A stretch of DNA of 64,000 nucleotides from an uncultured virus (IMG/VR IMGVR_UViG_3300029953_000007) (IMGVR_UViG_3300029953_000007); one strand, 5' to 3'. Shown: positions 38,131 to 47,175, counted from the stretch's first letter. A program made the numbers and translations. The notes: a model not told the origin generated them from the letters alone.

Positions 38131-38693
38131 TGAATAGAATTAGTGCTAAAATAATAGCGGATAGCTTAAATGAGTTTGGAGATAGATTGACAACATTTGT
38201 ACTTGTATTTCCTAGAATTGTTTTAGCTGAGCTAAATACACACAGAATGCTTTCACGCAATAGTGCAAGTTCTAGAGCAATTCCTTTTAAAACTATGTTG
38301 AAGAAAGTACAAGAGGAACCGTTTGTGCCTATAAAATTTCTTCGTGAGCATAAGGGAATGCAGGGTACTGAATACTTTGAAGGTGAGGAGTTATTAAAGA
38401 GACAAGAGTGGTGGATACAATCTGCAAAAGCAGCAGCTTTGATGGCAGAAGAGTTGTCGAATCTAGGAGTAACTAAACAATTATGTAATCGTCTATTAGA
38501 ACCTTTCCTGTATCATACAGTCATTTGTACTGCCAGTGAATATGAGAATTTCTTTGCATTACGTGCTCATCCTCAAGCTGAGATTCATATAGCAGATTTA
38601 GCAGAAAAGATGTTAATAGCTTATAATGAGAGTGAACCAAAGTTGTTAAAAGGTGGAGAGTATCATATACCTGATTTCTCTAAATTAAAATAA
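38130..38693 (+). CDS. thyX: Flavin-dependent thymidylate synthase ThyX, fragment a
   Basis: AELNTHRMLSRNSASSR, KQLCNRLL, NFFALR...AQ-like PQAEI; ends EYHIPDFSKLK*. Confidence 0.85.
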   Translation: MNRISAKIIADSLNEFGDRLTTFVLVFPRIVLAELNTHRMLSRNSASSRAIPFKTMLKKVQEEPFVPIKFLREHKGMQGTEYFEGEELLKRQEWWIQSAKAAALMAEELSNLGVTKQLCNRLLEPFLYHTVICTASEYENFFALRAHPQAEIHIADLAEKMLIAYNESEPKLLKGGEYHIPDFSKLK

Positions 38694-38706
38694 ATATGAT
38701 TAAATA

Positions 38707-38738
38707 CTTGCATATCTGGAAATAGTTTCGTATCTTTA
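38707..38738 (+). promoter_or_regulatory. Bacteroidota-type promoter (variant)
   Basis: CTTG-N20-TATCTTTA. Confidence 0.65.
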
Positions 38739-38757
38739 TGTAAAAACAAAGAGAAAA

Positions 38758-39567
38758 ATGAAAGCCACATTAGAAGAATTAAAACCATTAAAAGCAAGAA
38801 AGCAATTAGATTGTTACACAGGAAAAAATATAATTTATAAGATTACCAATTTAGTAAATCATAAGATCTATATAGGTATAACTACAAGATTTCGTGTTAG
38901 AGTTAAGGAACATACTGATTGTACAACCAATAGAACTAAAAGTATATGTTATATTCATAAAGCTATACTTAAGTATGGAGCGGAAAACTTTACTATTGAA
39001 ATACTAGATGAAGTAACTGATGAGAAGGAGTTAAATGAGAAAGAGGTCTATTATATAGATTTATTTAAATCTAGTACTAATGGAGTCGGATATAATTTAA
39101 CTGAAGGTGGTGGAAGAGGTAAGGCTACTCCTGAAAATACACTTAATCGCATCGCTGGATCAAAGAAAGTAAAAGTTGCTAAATATGACCTAGAAGGTAA
39201 CTTCATTGAAGAGTTTGAGTCAGTGATGGAAGCATCCCGTCAAACTGGAATACCTGACAACGATATTCATCGTTGTCATAAAAAGAAATGGAGTAGAAAT
39301 AACTTCATGTTTCAAAAATTCACCGAGGTACCTCTTTTAAAAATTGAACCTTATACTAGTAGACGTGGAGATAATTTTAATGTTAGTGGTAGAGTTCCTC
39401 ATAATAGAGTAGCTTGTAAGTTATTAAATAAAATAACTAATGAATTAATAGAAGCTGATAGTATAGAACAACTATCTATATTAGCTGGTATTCATACTAC
39501 TACGATACATAGATTAAAAGGGAATGATAAACATAAGAAATGGAAATACATAGTATCGCAGGATTAG
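38758..39567 (+). CDS. Free-standing GIY-YIG homing endonuclease splitting thyX
   Basis: NIIYKITNLVNHKIYIGIT..RVKEH, GYNLTEGG, NUMOD1-like repeats. Confidence 0.9.
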   Translation: MKATLEELKPLKARKQLDCYTGKNIIYKITNLVNHKIYIGITTRFRVRVKEHTDCTTNRTKSICYIHKAILKYGAENFTIEILDEVTDEKELNEKEVYYIDLFKSSTNGVGYNLTEGGGRGKATPENTLNRIAGSKKVKVAKYDLEGNFIEEFESVMEASRQTGIPDNDIHRCHKKKWSRNNFMFQKFTEVPLLKIEPYTSRRGDNFNVSGRVPHNRVACKLLNKITNELIEADSIEQLSILAGIHTTTIHRLKGNDKHKKWKYIVSQD

Positions 39568-39884
39568 ATATAAATAGATTAACACCATTAGCTATAGCTA
39601 AATTTGGAAATAGTGAATTCAAATCATTAGAACAGATAGCTTTAATGATACGTGTAGCTCACTGCGCCCGCGTGAGTTATCTTAACTTTGAAGGTAAAGA
39701 CGACTATGAAGCAGATATAAAATTGTATAATACTCTTTTAACTTCTAAGCATCTCAGTCCATTTGAACATGTTGCACAAGCGCTTTCAAGTAGTATTTGG
39801 TCAGGAAACTTTAAAGGATTTCTACAGCACCGTAAAACTATACCTGAAGAGAATCTGCGTGATCCAAGAGTTATTTTAAAATAA
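39540..39884 (+). CDS. thyX: ThyX, fragment b
   Basis: VAHCARVSY...KHLSPFEHVA...GNFKGFLQHRK; own ATG overlapping the endonuclease end. Confidence 0.85.
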   Translation: MEIHSIAGLDINRLTPLAIAKFGNSEFKSLEQIALMIRVAHCARVSYLNFEGKDDYEADIKLYNTLLTSKHLSPFEHVAQALSSSIWSGNFKGFLQHRKTIPEENLRDPRVILK

Positions 39885-39885
39885 A

Positions 39886-39917
39886 TTTGTTTTAATGGAG
39901 TATTTTTACTACCTTTG
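39886..39917 (+). promoter_or_regulatory. Bacteroidota-type promoter
   Basis: AAATAAA-TTTG-N20-TACCTTTG, 7 nt before ATG 39925. Confidence 0.78.
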
Positions 39918-39924
39918 AACTATT

Positions 39925-40530
39925 ATGAGTTCAGGTGTATATAAAATACTAAACGAGACAAACGGAGACTGTTACATTGGTTCATCAGTCAATATCCAGG
40001 AAAGATTTAAAAGGCATAAAAAAGATTTAAAAGGCAATAGACATCATTCTATCATATTACAGAGAGCATATGATAAATATGGTAAAGATTCTTTTACCTT
40101 TAATGTGATAGAAGAATGTGAAAGAGAAGATTTATGTGATAGAGAGAATCATTATTTAGATAGTTTAACTCCAAAATATAACATTTGTCCTAAAGCTTAC
40201 TCACAAGTTGGTAAAGTAATGAGTGAAGAAACCAAAGATAAACTTAGAGCTTATGCGAAAGAACATAATATTAGACCTCCAGCTTGTACTTATGAATCTA
40301 AGAGATTACCTGTAGACAAATTAGACTATAACACTTTAGAATTAGTCGATACATTTATATCAATTAGTGATGCGTGTAAATCTGTAGGAAAAGATGCAAG
40401 CTTTACTAGTACTATTGGTTCATGTTGTAAAGGAAAGAGAAAAAGTGCTTTCGGATTTAAATGGAGATATCACGAAGTTAAAGAGATAGAAGGTGAGAAT
40501 AAGAGTGATAATAGAGTAATAAAGAAATAA
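39925..40530 (+). CDS. Free-standing GIY-YIG homing endonuclease
   Basis: SGVYKILNETNGDCYIGSS..RFKRH; SAFGFKWRY; tail resembles the ThyX C-terminus. Confidence 0.9.
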   Translation: MSSGVYKILNETNGDCYIGSSVNIQERFKRHKKDLKGNRHHSIILQRAYDKYGKDSFTFNVIEECEREDLCDRENHYLDSLTPKYNICPKAYSQVGKVMSEETKDKLRAYAKEHNIRPPACTYESKRLPVDKLDYNTLELVDTFISISDACKSVGKDASFTSTIGSCCKGKRKSAFGFKWRYHEVKEIEGENKSDNRVIKK

Positions 40531-40835
40531 TGGGAATACCACAAATAAAAGAATCAGTAGGATATGGTAGTGATCTATCAGAAAAACAAAGTACTACATT
40601 AGAGAGTATAATAGATAGTTTACTTTATCAATTAGATAGATATTCTACGATTACATATGATTATGAGAAAGTTATAGATAAATTAATGCCAATTCCTAAA
40701 CCTACACCTAGTGTGAAAGAAACTCCACCAGATCCCAGTGGTCATTTAAATAAGTTAGATAAGTTAGTAGATATTTTTGCTTTCTTAAATACTGAGAATC
40801 AGAAATTAATTAATACATTTGATAAGCATATATAA
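40530..40835 (+). CDS. Hypothetical protein
   Basis: TAATG-coupled ORF. Confidence 0.65.
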   Translation: MGIPQIKESVGYGSDLSEKQSTTLESIIDSLLYQLDRYSTITYDYEKVIDKLMPIPKPTPSVKETPPDPSGHLNKLDKLVDIFAFLNTENQKLINTFDKHI

Positions 40836-40842
40836 AATTAAT

Positions 40843-40884
40843 GGATAATTATGAAAGGATAATTATGAAAGGATAATTATGAAA
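40843..40884 (+). repeat. Perfect tandem repeat (GGATAATTATGAAA) x3
   Basis: Copies at 40843, 40857 and 40871; the third contains the start of ORF 40879. Confidence 0.95.
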
Positions 40885-41094
40885 GGGGAGTTAGATTTAT
40901 TTCTAATTGAATTATTTGGTTTAACAAATAATAGAGATAATGTAGGTGCATTTGAAGAACTTTTTAGGAGAACTTTTGATAGAGAACCTAGTTATGAAGT
41001 TATAGATCAATATAAAGCTAAAGTAAGTTATGAATCAGATTATAACTCATACGAAGACAGTTATGAAGACTCATATAGAGAAGTATTTTATTAA
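40879..41094 (+). CDS. Hypothetical protein
   Basis: 71 aa with SYED-repeat tail. Confidence 0.6.
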   Translation: MKGELDLFLIELFGLTNNRDNVGAFEELFRRTFDREPSYEVIDQYKAKVSYESDYNSYEDSYEDSYREVFY

Positions 41095-41096
41095 TT

Positions 41097-41576
41097 ATGG
41101 AAGACAAAGAATTTTTAGAATTATTGAAGAATGTAGGATTTACTCCTACATTCTATGTTGATGAACAGTATGATATAGATTATTATCTTGAAGATGACTA
41201 TAATCTCAATGGAATTGCAGAACAAATAAAAATTAGGATAGAAGAACTTAAAGATCAGAAAGACATCATAAAGAGTGTTCCTAGTTATAATCATTACAAA
41301 ATTTCTCCAGAAGTCAATGCTATAAATAACGAAATCTGTAAATTAGAAGAAGAATTAATAAAGTCTATCTTAAAATCTGCTGGTGAATTTGAAGTAGTTG
41401 AAGAAGAAGGCGGTAGTGAAGGAAATGGTGAGAGTTATCATTTAGTGTTATACTTTAAAGACTTTGACAAGTATGTACGATCAGATGGTAAATATTACTC
41501 ATATGAGGGAGTTACTGACTTAAGTGACTGGAGAATTGTTACACCAAGAGAAAAGACAATAATAGTTTATGAATAA
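41097..41576 (+). CDS. Hypothetical protein
   Basis: VEEEGGSEGNGE...DGKYYSYEG...VTPREKTIIVYE. Confidence 0.75.
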   Translation: MEDKEFLELLKNVGFTPTFYVDEQYDIDYYLEDDYNLNGIAEQIKIRIEELKDQKDIIKSVPSYNHYKISPEVNAINNEICKLEEELIKSILKSAGEFEVVEEEGGSEGNGESYHLVLYFKDFDKYVRSDGKYYSYEGVTDLSDWRIVTPREKTIIVYE

Positions 41577-41578
41577 AG

Positions 41579-42463
41579 ATGAACACAAATCTACTAAACC
41601 TGCCTGTGAGTAGGTACTTAATAATTGGAAGTTATGCTTTAGGTATAAGACCTGCTAAGGATATTGATATTATCTGTTATAAAGAAGACATTGAAGTAGA
41701 AATTACAAATGGTGATGATTATGTTTGCTCTTTTATGTATCAAGGTAGAAAAATAGAATGTCTTTTAGCTGATAAACAAGAGAGTTTAGCTTACTTATTA
41801 AAAGGCGAACTTCGTGAGAAATGGGATAGTGTAATTGCTGATCCTATAGAACTTTTCATTATCAAAGCAGGTCATATAACCTTTCCACATAGGCAATGGG
41901 GAAAGCACATTGGCGACTATCATTTCTTAAAGAAACTAGTGGAATCTAGTGTACTTTGGACTTATGAAGGCTTTCCTGAAGAAACTCAAGAACGAATCAA
42001 ACTTCATAGAAAGTGTACAGAAGAACGTATAGGTAAACAAAGATTACCTAAACTTAAAGGTGTTAGTAAAGAGCAGTTCTTTGATGATAACGTGAAGAAG
42101 TATTTAATCCATGACGATATTCATTACATGGTTGCTCATAAAGAACATCCTATGTATTGGTATATGCAACGTGATCATACTAAAGTAGAATGTCATAAAG
42201 ATTTATGGGATGCATTTAGCTATGAAGATAAAATTCATTGTGTGATGGAAGAGTGTTATACGATAGCATTAGAACGTCATATAATACCAACTATTAAAGG
42301 TGATAGAGCAAGATTTCCTGCACATGAAGCTTTTAAATGGGCTCTTATGCGCGTGTGTACTACACTTACGTCAGGGTTTTTTAGACAATTCAGTATAGAT
42401 AACTACTTCACAGTTTTAAATAATTATAATAAAGAGTACACTAAACTATTAAAATTACCATGA
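41579..42463 (+). CDS. Nucleotidyltransferase-like phage protein
   Basis: IIGSYAL...KDIDII (GS...DxD); FFDDNV...HDDIH, EECY..ALER, TLTSGFFR. Confidence 0.6.
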   Translation: MNTNLLNLPVSRYLIIGSYALGIRPAKDIDIICYKEDIEVEITNGDDYVCSFMYQGRKIECLLADKQESLAYLLKGELREKWDSVIADPIELFIIKAGHITFPHRQWGKHIGDYHFLKKLVESSVLWTYEGFPEETQERIKLHRKCTEERIGKQRLPKLKGVSKEQFFDDNVKKYLIHDDIHYMVAHKEHPMYWYMQRDHTKVECHKDLWDAFSYEDKIHCVMEECYTIALERHIIPTIKGDRARFPAHEAFKWALMRVCTTLTSGFFRQFSIDNYFTVLNNYNKEYTKLLKLP

Positions 42464-42708
42464 TAAATGCAAAAGAGATGAGGGCACTACTGTCCTCTAA
42501 ACAAAATGTAGCTATAGATGAAGAAATGAGAAAGATAGAGTTAGCAATGGCAAATGCTATTACTAAAAATAAAGCAAGTGTTACATTAGATTCACTTAGT
42601 GATTTAGCAAAAATTAAACTTAAAGCATTAGAGTATAAAGTTAATTCAAATATGGTATTCGATCAAAGACAAGGTGAATATCAGAGTGGTTATATAATTA
42701 GTTGGTAA
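42460..42708 (+). CDS. Hypothetical protein (probable paralog of next ORF)
   Basis: MINAKE...LKALEYKV...YIISW. Confidence 0.7.
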   Translation: MINAKEMRALLSSKQNVAIDEEMRKIELAMANAITKNKASVTLDSLSDLAKIKLKALEYKVNSNMVFDQRQGEYQSGYIISW

Positions 42709-42956
42709 TGATGACAGCGAAAGAGGCTGCTGAAAAAGCAGATAAAACACATCTTGACTTAAATAACGAAGCTATGTTAAAGTACTTACCTGGAATACAG
42801 AAAAGTATTGACATAGTTATAAGTAAAGGTGAACATGTGTTTTATTATTACGACAGTTTACCAGAGATAGTACAAAAATATCTTGAATCGTTAGGATATT
42901 CAGTTAAACGTCAAATGTCAGGTTATAATGAAACCTGTTATGAAATAAAGTTTTAA
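42708..42956 (+). CDS. Hypothetical protein
   Basis: MMTAKE...LESLGYSV...YEIKF. Confidence 0.7.
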   Translation: MMTAKEAAEKADKTHLDLNNEAMLKYLPGIQKSIDIVISKGEHVFYYYDSLPEIVQKYLESLGYSVKRQMSGYNETCYEIKF

Positions 42957-42961
42957 ATCAA

Positions 42962-43405
42962 TTGCAGTTATATAATCGTGATAGCTCAGGTAAGATACGA
43001 ACTATGATTGTGAAGGTTATTAAGTTTAGTAATTATTATAAGATTACTAAAGAAACTGGTGTTCTAAACGGTAAGTTAACTAAGCAACCGGACCTTATAA
43101 TAAGTAAGGGCAAGGTTAAAAGGACTTTAGAACAACAAGCACAATTAGAGTTTAGATCATTAATAAATAAACAAAAAGATAAAGGTTATAAAACATTACA
43201 AGAGTTATGCCCTGAAGTAACAGCAGTTGAAGGATGGGAAGCTAATCTTAATGACTATGACTTTATAGATTCAATGTTACCAAAAGGTAAGGAATACGCT
43301 GATGGTAGTCGTCAATTAATGTTAGCTAAAGATCCAAAAACTGTCAAGTCTAAAAAGGGCTTTGATTGGAATAAAGAGTGGTGGGTTTCTAGGAAGTTGG
43401 ACGGT
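42962..43405 (+). CDS. lig: ATP-dependent DNA ligase, exon 1
   Basis: LMLAK...WWVSRKLDG (motif I KxDG). Confidence 0.88.
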
Positions 43406-43584
43406 GAATCTTTGCCGTCATTAAACTCTGTTAATTCGGTGAACTCTGAAATGAGAATACCGAGCCAAGCCTAGTAGGGATACTAGAGTGTGTGTAGAGA
43501 CTAGAGGTGAATCCAGAACGGATAATAATCCTCCACGAAAGCAGAGTGTTATTTATATAAGTTGAAAATAAATTTGTTAAAAAA

Positions 43585-43616
43585 CTTGATGGTTTCAGAA
43601 ATATTTCGTATCTTTG
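43585..43616 (+). promoter_or_regulatory. Bacteroidota-type promoter inside the intron
   Basis: CTTG-N20-TATCTTTG. Confidence 0.75.
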
Positions 43617-43636
43617 TGTAAAAACAAAGAGAAAGT

Positions 43637-44296
43637 ATGACAAGTAAAATCTGCACAAAGTGTAAAATCGAAAAACCATTAGATCAGTATTTTAATGATA
43701 AAAGAGTTAAAAAGGACGGAAAGCAAGCAAGATGTAAAACTTGCACAATGGCCAAGAATCAAGAGTATCGTCAAGAACATAAAGAAGAGAGACGAGAACA
43801 TGAACAGTGGAGGCGAGCTAATGATCCAGAATGGCAAGAGAAAGTTGCCATTCGTAGTAAAAGGTATTACGATAAAATGAAAGAAGAAAATGGTGAACGC
43901 TTTATACAATATAAAGAACGTACCAAAGAAGGTCTTGAAATTTTAAGAACTAGACATCCTGGATATTTTATGTGGGCTGGAGCTAGAGTTAGAGCTTCAG
44001 AAAAAAATATTCCTTTCAATCTTGATCTTGAAGATATTATAATTACTAAATACTGTCCTATATTAGGTATAGAAATGATTCAAAACGAAGGTAGATCTGA
44101 ATTCAACTCTATGACTTTAGATAAAATCATTCCTGAACTAGGGTATGTAAAAGGTAATGTTCGTGTAATATCTAGAATGGCTAATACAATGAAATCTGAC
44201 GCTTCTCCAGAAGAACTTAAAACTTTTGCTAAGAACATTTTAACTTATGTAAATAATAAAGATATAGTCCAAACTATAGAGAATGATAATCTATAG
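43637..44296 (+). CDS. Intron-encoded HNH/endonuclease VII-like homing endonuclease
   Basis: KICTKC...CKTC Zn ribbon; CPILG...TLDKIIPELGYVKGNVRVIS..AN.MK. Confidence 0.8.
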   Translation: MTSKICTKCKIEKPLDQYFNDKRVKKDGKQARCKTCTMAKNQEYRQEHKEERREHEQWRRANDPEWQEKVAIRSKRYYDKMKEENGERFIQYKERTKEGLEILRTRHPGYFMWAGARVRASEKNIPFNLDLEDIIITKYCPILGIEMIQNEGRSEFNSMTLDKIIPELGYVKGNVRVISRMANTMKSDASPEELKTFAKNILTYVNNKDIVQTIENDNL

Positions 44297-44333
44297 AGTT
44301 ATAGGATAAAGAGCCTATAAGATAATAAAATTG

Positions 44334-45095
44334 ATAAGAGCAGGTATTTACTACCAAGAAAGTAAATTAACTTCTATTAGTAGAAGGGGAAAAAGTTTAG
44401 ATCCAGCCTTCGAAAAGATCTTTAAAAGTAAAAAGTGGAAGAGTTTCTTTAAAAAACTACAGAATGAAAATGGTGATAATATTATGGTGGATGGGGAGCT
44501 CTATATACATGGTGTGCCGTTACAAGTATTATCTGGCTTATCTCAGAAACACGAATACGAAGAAGAAAGACATGGAGACTTAGAATTTTGGATATTTGAC
44601 TTTGCCGATAACTCTCGAAATGCAGAAGAACGTGCAATCTTGCTTAACTCATTAGACGGTCATTTTGATAAAGAAGACAATATAAAAATTAATGCGCAAA
44701 TTAAGCTATCAAGCTATGAAACAATTAAAACAATACATGATCTATGGGTTAGAGATGGGTTTGAAGGCGCTATTTGTCGTGATGCTTCTAGGTTATATGG
44801 ATACGGAACACGTGATGATAGGATGGTTAAAGTTAAAGAATTCCAGGAAGAAGAGTTTGAAATCATAGGTCTTAATAATGATAATGTCCGCCCTGAAGAT
44901 ATGACATTTAAGTGTATAACTAAAGATGGTAAAGAATTTGATTCTAAACCTATAGGTACAAGAGAACAAAAGTTTAGATACATAAAGGATGAAAAAAATA
45001 TTATAGGTAAGATGGCAACAGTCAAGTTCTTTAATTTAACTCCTGAGGGCATTCCCTTTATTAATACAATGAAATGTATAAGGTCGTATGAATAG
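44334..45095 (+). CDS. lig: ATP-dependent DNA ligase, exon 2
   Basis: SRRGK, VDGELY, FWIFD, GFEGAI, MVKVK, OB domain. Confidence 0.9.
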   Translation: MRAGIYYQESKLTSISRRGKSLDPAFEKIFKSKKWKSFFKKLQNENGDNIMVDGELYIHGVPLQVLSGLSQKHEYEEERHGDLEFWIFDFADNSRNAEERAILLNSLDGHFDKEDNIKINAQIKLSSYETIKTIHDLWVRDGFEGAICRDASRLYGYGTRDDRMVKVKEFQEEEFEIIGLNNDNVRPEDMTFKCITKDGKEFDSKPIGTREQKFRYIKDEKNIIGKMATVKFFNLTPEGIPFINTMKCIRSYE

Positions 45096-45378
45096 TGAAG
45101 ACAATTTTAAAATACCATTAGATGATAAGTGGAAATCTCCACAATCATTTGAAGAACTAGCTAAATCTGATAAACAGTTAGATGCTGAATTTGAAGCGCT
45201 TCCACCACAAATGCAAGATCTTGTTAGAACTCTTGGAACTGAATATGGTGAAGAGAAAAGAGAAGAAATGGAGCAAAATATAACAGAACTCTTTAATAAA
45301 GCTCCACGTAAGTTAAAGCGCAAATTAAAACCACAAAATAAATTTAGTAACCAATTACTGAGGCGACTCGCAAAATGA
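45088..45378 (+). CDS. Hypothetical protein
   Basis: Overlapping ORF. Confidence 0.65.
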   Translation: MNSEDNFKIPLDDKWKSPQSFEELAKSDKQLDAEFEALPPQMQDLVRTLGTEYGEEKREEMEQNITELFNKAPRKLKRKLKPQNKFSNQLLRRLAK

Positions 45379-45379
45379 T

Positions 45380-45670
45380 ATGAGATATGATAAATCACCA
45401 CAAAAGTGGCAACTACTTGAAGATATAAAGTTATATAATAATGATGAATATTGGATAGCCTTTGGTAATGAAGTAAGACAAGTTACATTTAATGGTAAAT
45501 ATTTTGAATATCCATCATTAAGTCCTAACTTTTGTAGTCATCCTCATATAGTTTATTTAAGTGAGGTTCAGTATATAATCCCAGTATTTCATCCAGAAAG
45601 ACCTGATAATGGTCAATGGACAGGCACAACTAACATAAATAAGAAATTTAGATTAAGGGTAAAGAAATGA
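45380..45670 (+). CDS. Hypothetical protein
   Basis: Packed ORF. Confidence 0.65.
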   Translation: MRYDKSPQKWQLLEDIKLYNNDEYWIAFGNEVRQVTFNGKYFEYPSLSPNFCSHPHIVYLSEVQYIIPVFHPERPDNGQWTGTTNINKKFRLRVKK

Positions 45671-45867
45671 AAGAGTTAGAAGAATTAAAATCGTTATTAA
45701 ATCAAGCTATAATTTATCTACGTGATATGGATAAAAGTCATACTAATCGTGAGAATGTAGATAAGTGGCGTCGTTATGTTGCAAAACTACAAAGCGATTA
45801 TGATGAAAAACTTGAAACAAGTGTAGTTATGTACTTAAACGATACTATAATTAAACATAATGGATAA
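45667..45867 (+). CDS. Hypothetical protein
   Basis: ATGA-coupled ORF. Confidence 0.6.
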   Translation: MKELEELKSLLNQAIIYLRDMDKSHTNRENVDKWRRYVAKLQSDYDEKLETSVVMYLNDTIIKHNG

Positions 45868-45986
45868 GCAAGAAATAATTAACCTTTTTATATGTTATAC
45901 TAATAACTTTAACGAAAGTGAAATCATTAGTGAAATTAATGATAAGTATAATATAGCAGTTGATGAACATTATAGGAAGCTAACAG

Positions 45987-46442
45987 ATGAAGATAGTTGA
46001 TATTGACATGGATGATGTCCTGTGTGACTTTAAAAGTGCTTATAATCAAGCGTTAAGTGTAAATCCAGGTATAAAGTATCCTCAATCACAATATGGCTTC
46101 TTTAGTGGGCTTAAACCTATTGAAGGAGCTCTATTTTATATCAGTTTATTACAGCGACACTTTGATGTTCATATAGTAACAAGACCTTCTATAAAGAACT
46201 TATTATGTTATACAGAGAAAGCAGCATGGGTTAAGCAACACTTTGGTGAGGATATGCTTAATAACTTACACTTTACCTGCCATAAACATAGAAGTGATGC
46301 AGATTATTTAATTGATGATACTTTATGGCCTAAATTTAAAGGTGAACAAATACAGTTTGGTAAAGCACCATTTGAGACTTGGCGTGACATCATATTTTAT
46401 CTTACACAAAAAGAAAATATTAAATGGAAGAGCGTAGGATAG
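45987..46442 (+). CDS. 5'(3')-deoxyribonucleotidase (HAD, NT5C-like)
   Basis: DIDMDDVLCDF, LKPIEGA, EKAAW, DYLIDD. Confidence 0.85.
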   Translation: MKIVDIDMDDVLCDFKSAYNQALSVNPGIKYPQSQYGFFSGLKPIEGALFYISLLQRHFDVHIVTRPSIKNLLCYTEKAAWVKQHFGEDMLNNLHFTCHKHRSDADYLIDDTLWPKFKGEQIQFGKAPFETWRDIIFYLTQKENIKWKSVG

Positions 46443-46870
46443 TACCTAAAAAGAAACAAGAACAAATACCTACTGATGAAGGTAATGTAACTAAGATTGA
46501 TAAAAAAGCATTCTTTTCACTAATTCTTGGTGCTAAGTTAACTGGACATATATTACATTTACAATGTGATGAATTTGCAGAACATATAGCACTTGATGAG
46601 TTTTATAAAGGACAACAAAAGAATGCAGATAAAATAATAGAGGTATATCAAGGCTGTACTAAAGAGATAGTTCAATATGACACGGTAACTTTAATATTTG
46701 GTATAGATTATCATGGTAGGTGTCTTGATTATTTATCAGAGCTGAAGAGTGCTATTTGTAATAATCGTTATGATATAGTACCTCGTGAACTAACTAATGT
46801 ACATAACGAGATTGATAATTTTATAAGTACACTTGATCAGACTATTTATAAGATAACATTCTTAAAATGA
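46424..46870 (+). CDS. Ferritin/Dps-like four-helix protein (DUF5856-like)
   Basis: HILHLQ...FAEHIALDEFY...DKIIEVYQG...NEIDN...TIYK. Confidence 0.7.
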   Translation: MEERRIVPKKKQEQIPTDEGNVTKIDKKAFFSLILGAKLTGHILHLQCDEFAEHIALDEFYKGQQKNADKIIEVYQGCTKEIVQYDTVTLIFGIDYHGRCLDYLSELKSAICNNRYDIVPRELTNVHNEIDNFISTLDQTIYKITFLK

Positions 46871-47175
46871 CAAAGGCTGAGAAACTAACTAACGAAACTA
46901 GAGCTATAATGAAGTTTACTGGAGATGTAAATCCATTTAGCCGTCCTTATAATAATTATGATGAAGTAGATAGAATTATAACTAAAATTCAAGACTTAGG
47001 TTATACTTTTACTTTGATTACTACAAATAATAGTAAAGGTCGTAGACATGTGGTTGGTTTTAATGGTATTAATCCACCATTTGATAATATTCCTATAATA
47101 AGTGATAAAACTAGACTTGATGCTATGTATGAACTTGTATTAAAATTTATTAAAGAGAAAGATGAACAACGATAA
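46867..47175 (+). CDS. Hypothetical protein (possible paralog of next ORF)
   Basis: Ends AMYELVLKFIKE. Confidence 0.65.
   Translation: MTKAEKLTNETRAIMKFTGDVNPFSRPYNNYDEVDRIITKIQDLGYTFTLITTNNSKGRRHVVGFNGINPPFDNIPIISDKTRLDAMYELVLKFIKEKDEQR

Larger units (their letters stand above)
43406..44333 (+). mobile_element. Group I intron in DNA ligase
   Basis: P1 GACGGU/GCCGUC with U-G; P3 ACTCTG/CAGAGT; AATACCGAGCCAAG; P7 GAGACTA/TAGTCC; 15-bp P8; terminal G; splice restores KLDG-IRA. Confidence 0.93.

Noticed and set aside
39255..39278. Perfect 10-bp hairpin TGACAACGAT-ATTC-ATCGTTGTCA inside the endonuclease gene
   Set aside because: Roughly one such stem is expected by chance in 64 kb of AT-rich DNA; no U-tract or other support.
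38694..39539. Canonical group I intron or T4 gene 60-type bypass in thyX
   Set aside because: No P4-P7 core strings and no room for a core outside the ORF; the gap of about 850 nt far exceeds the 50-nt gene 60 hop.
38120..40532. TAAAGAAATAATG flanking the thyX block as a target-site duplication
   Set aside because: Low-complexity Lys-Lys-stop/start junction; the right copy is explained by the captured thyX tail.
40843..40884. CRISPR array
   Set aside because: The 14-bp units are contiguous with no spacers, and there are no cas genes.
13971..44333. Track starts at 13971, 16303 and 44331, and read-through ends at 15441 and 43474, as independent genes
   Set aside because: These extensions lie in intron sequence; the coding parts are exons.
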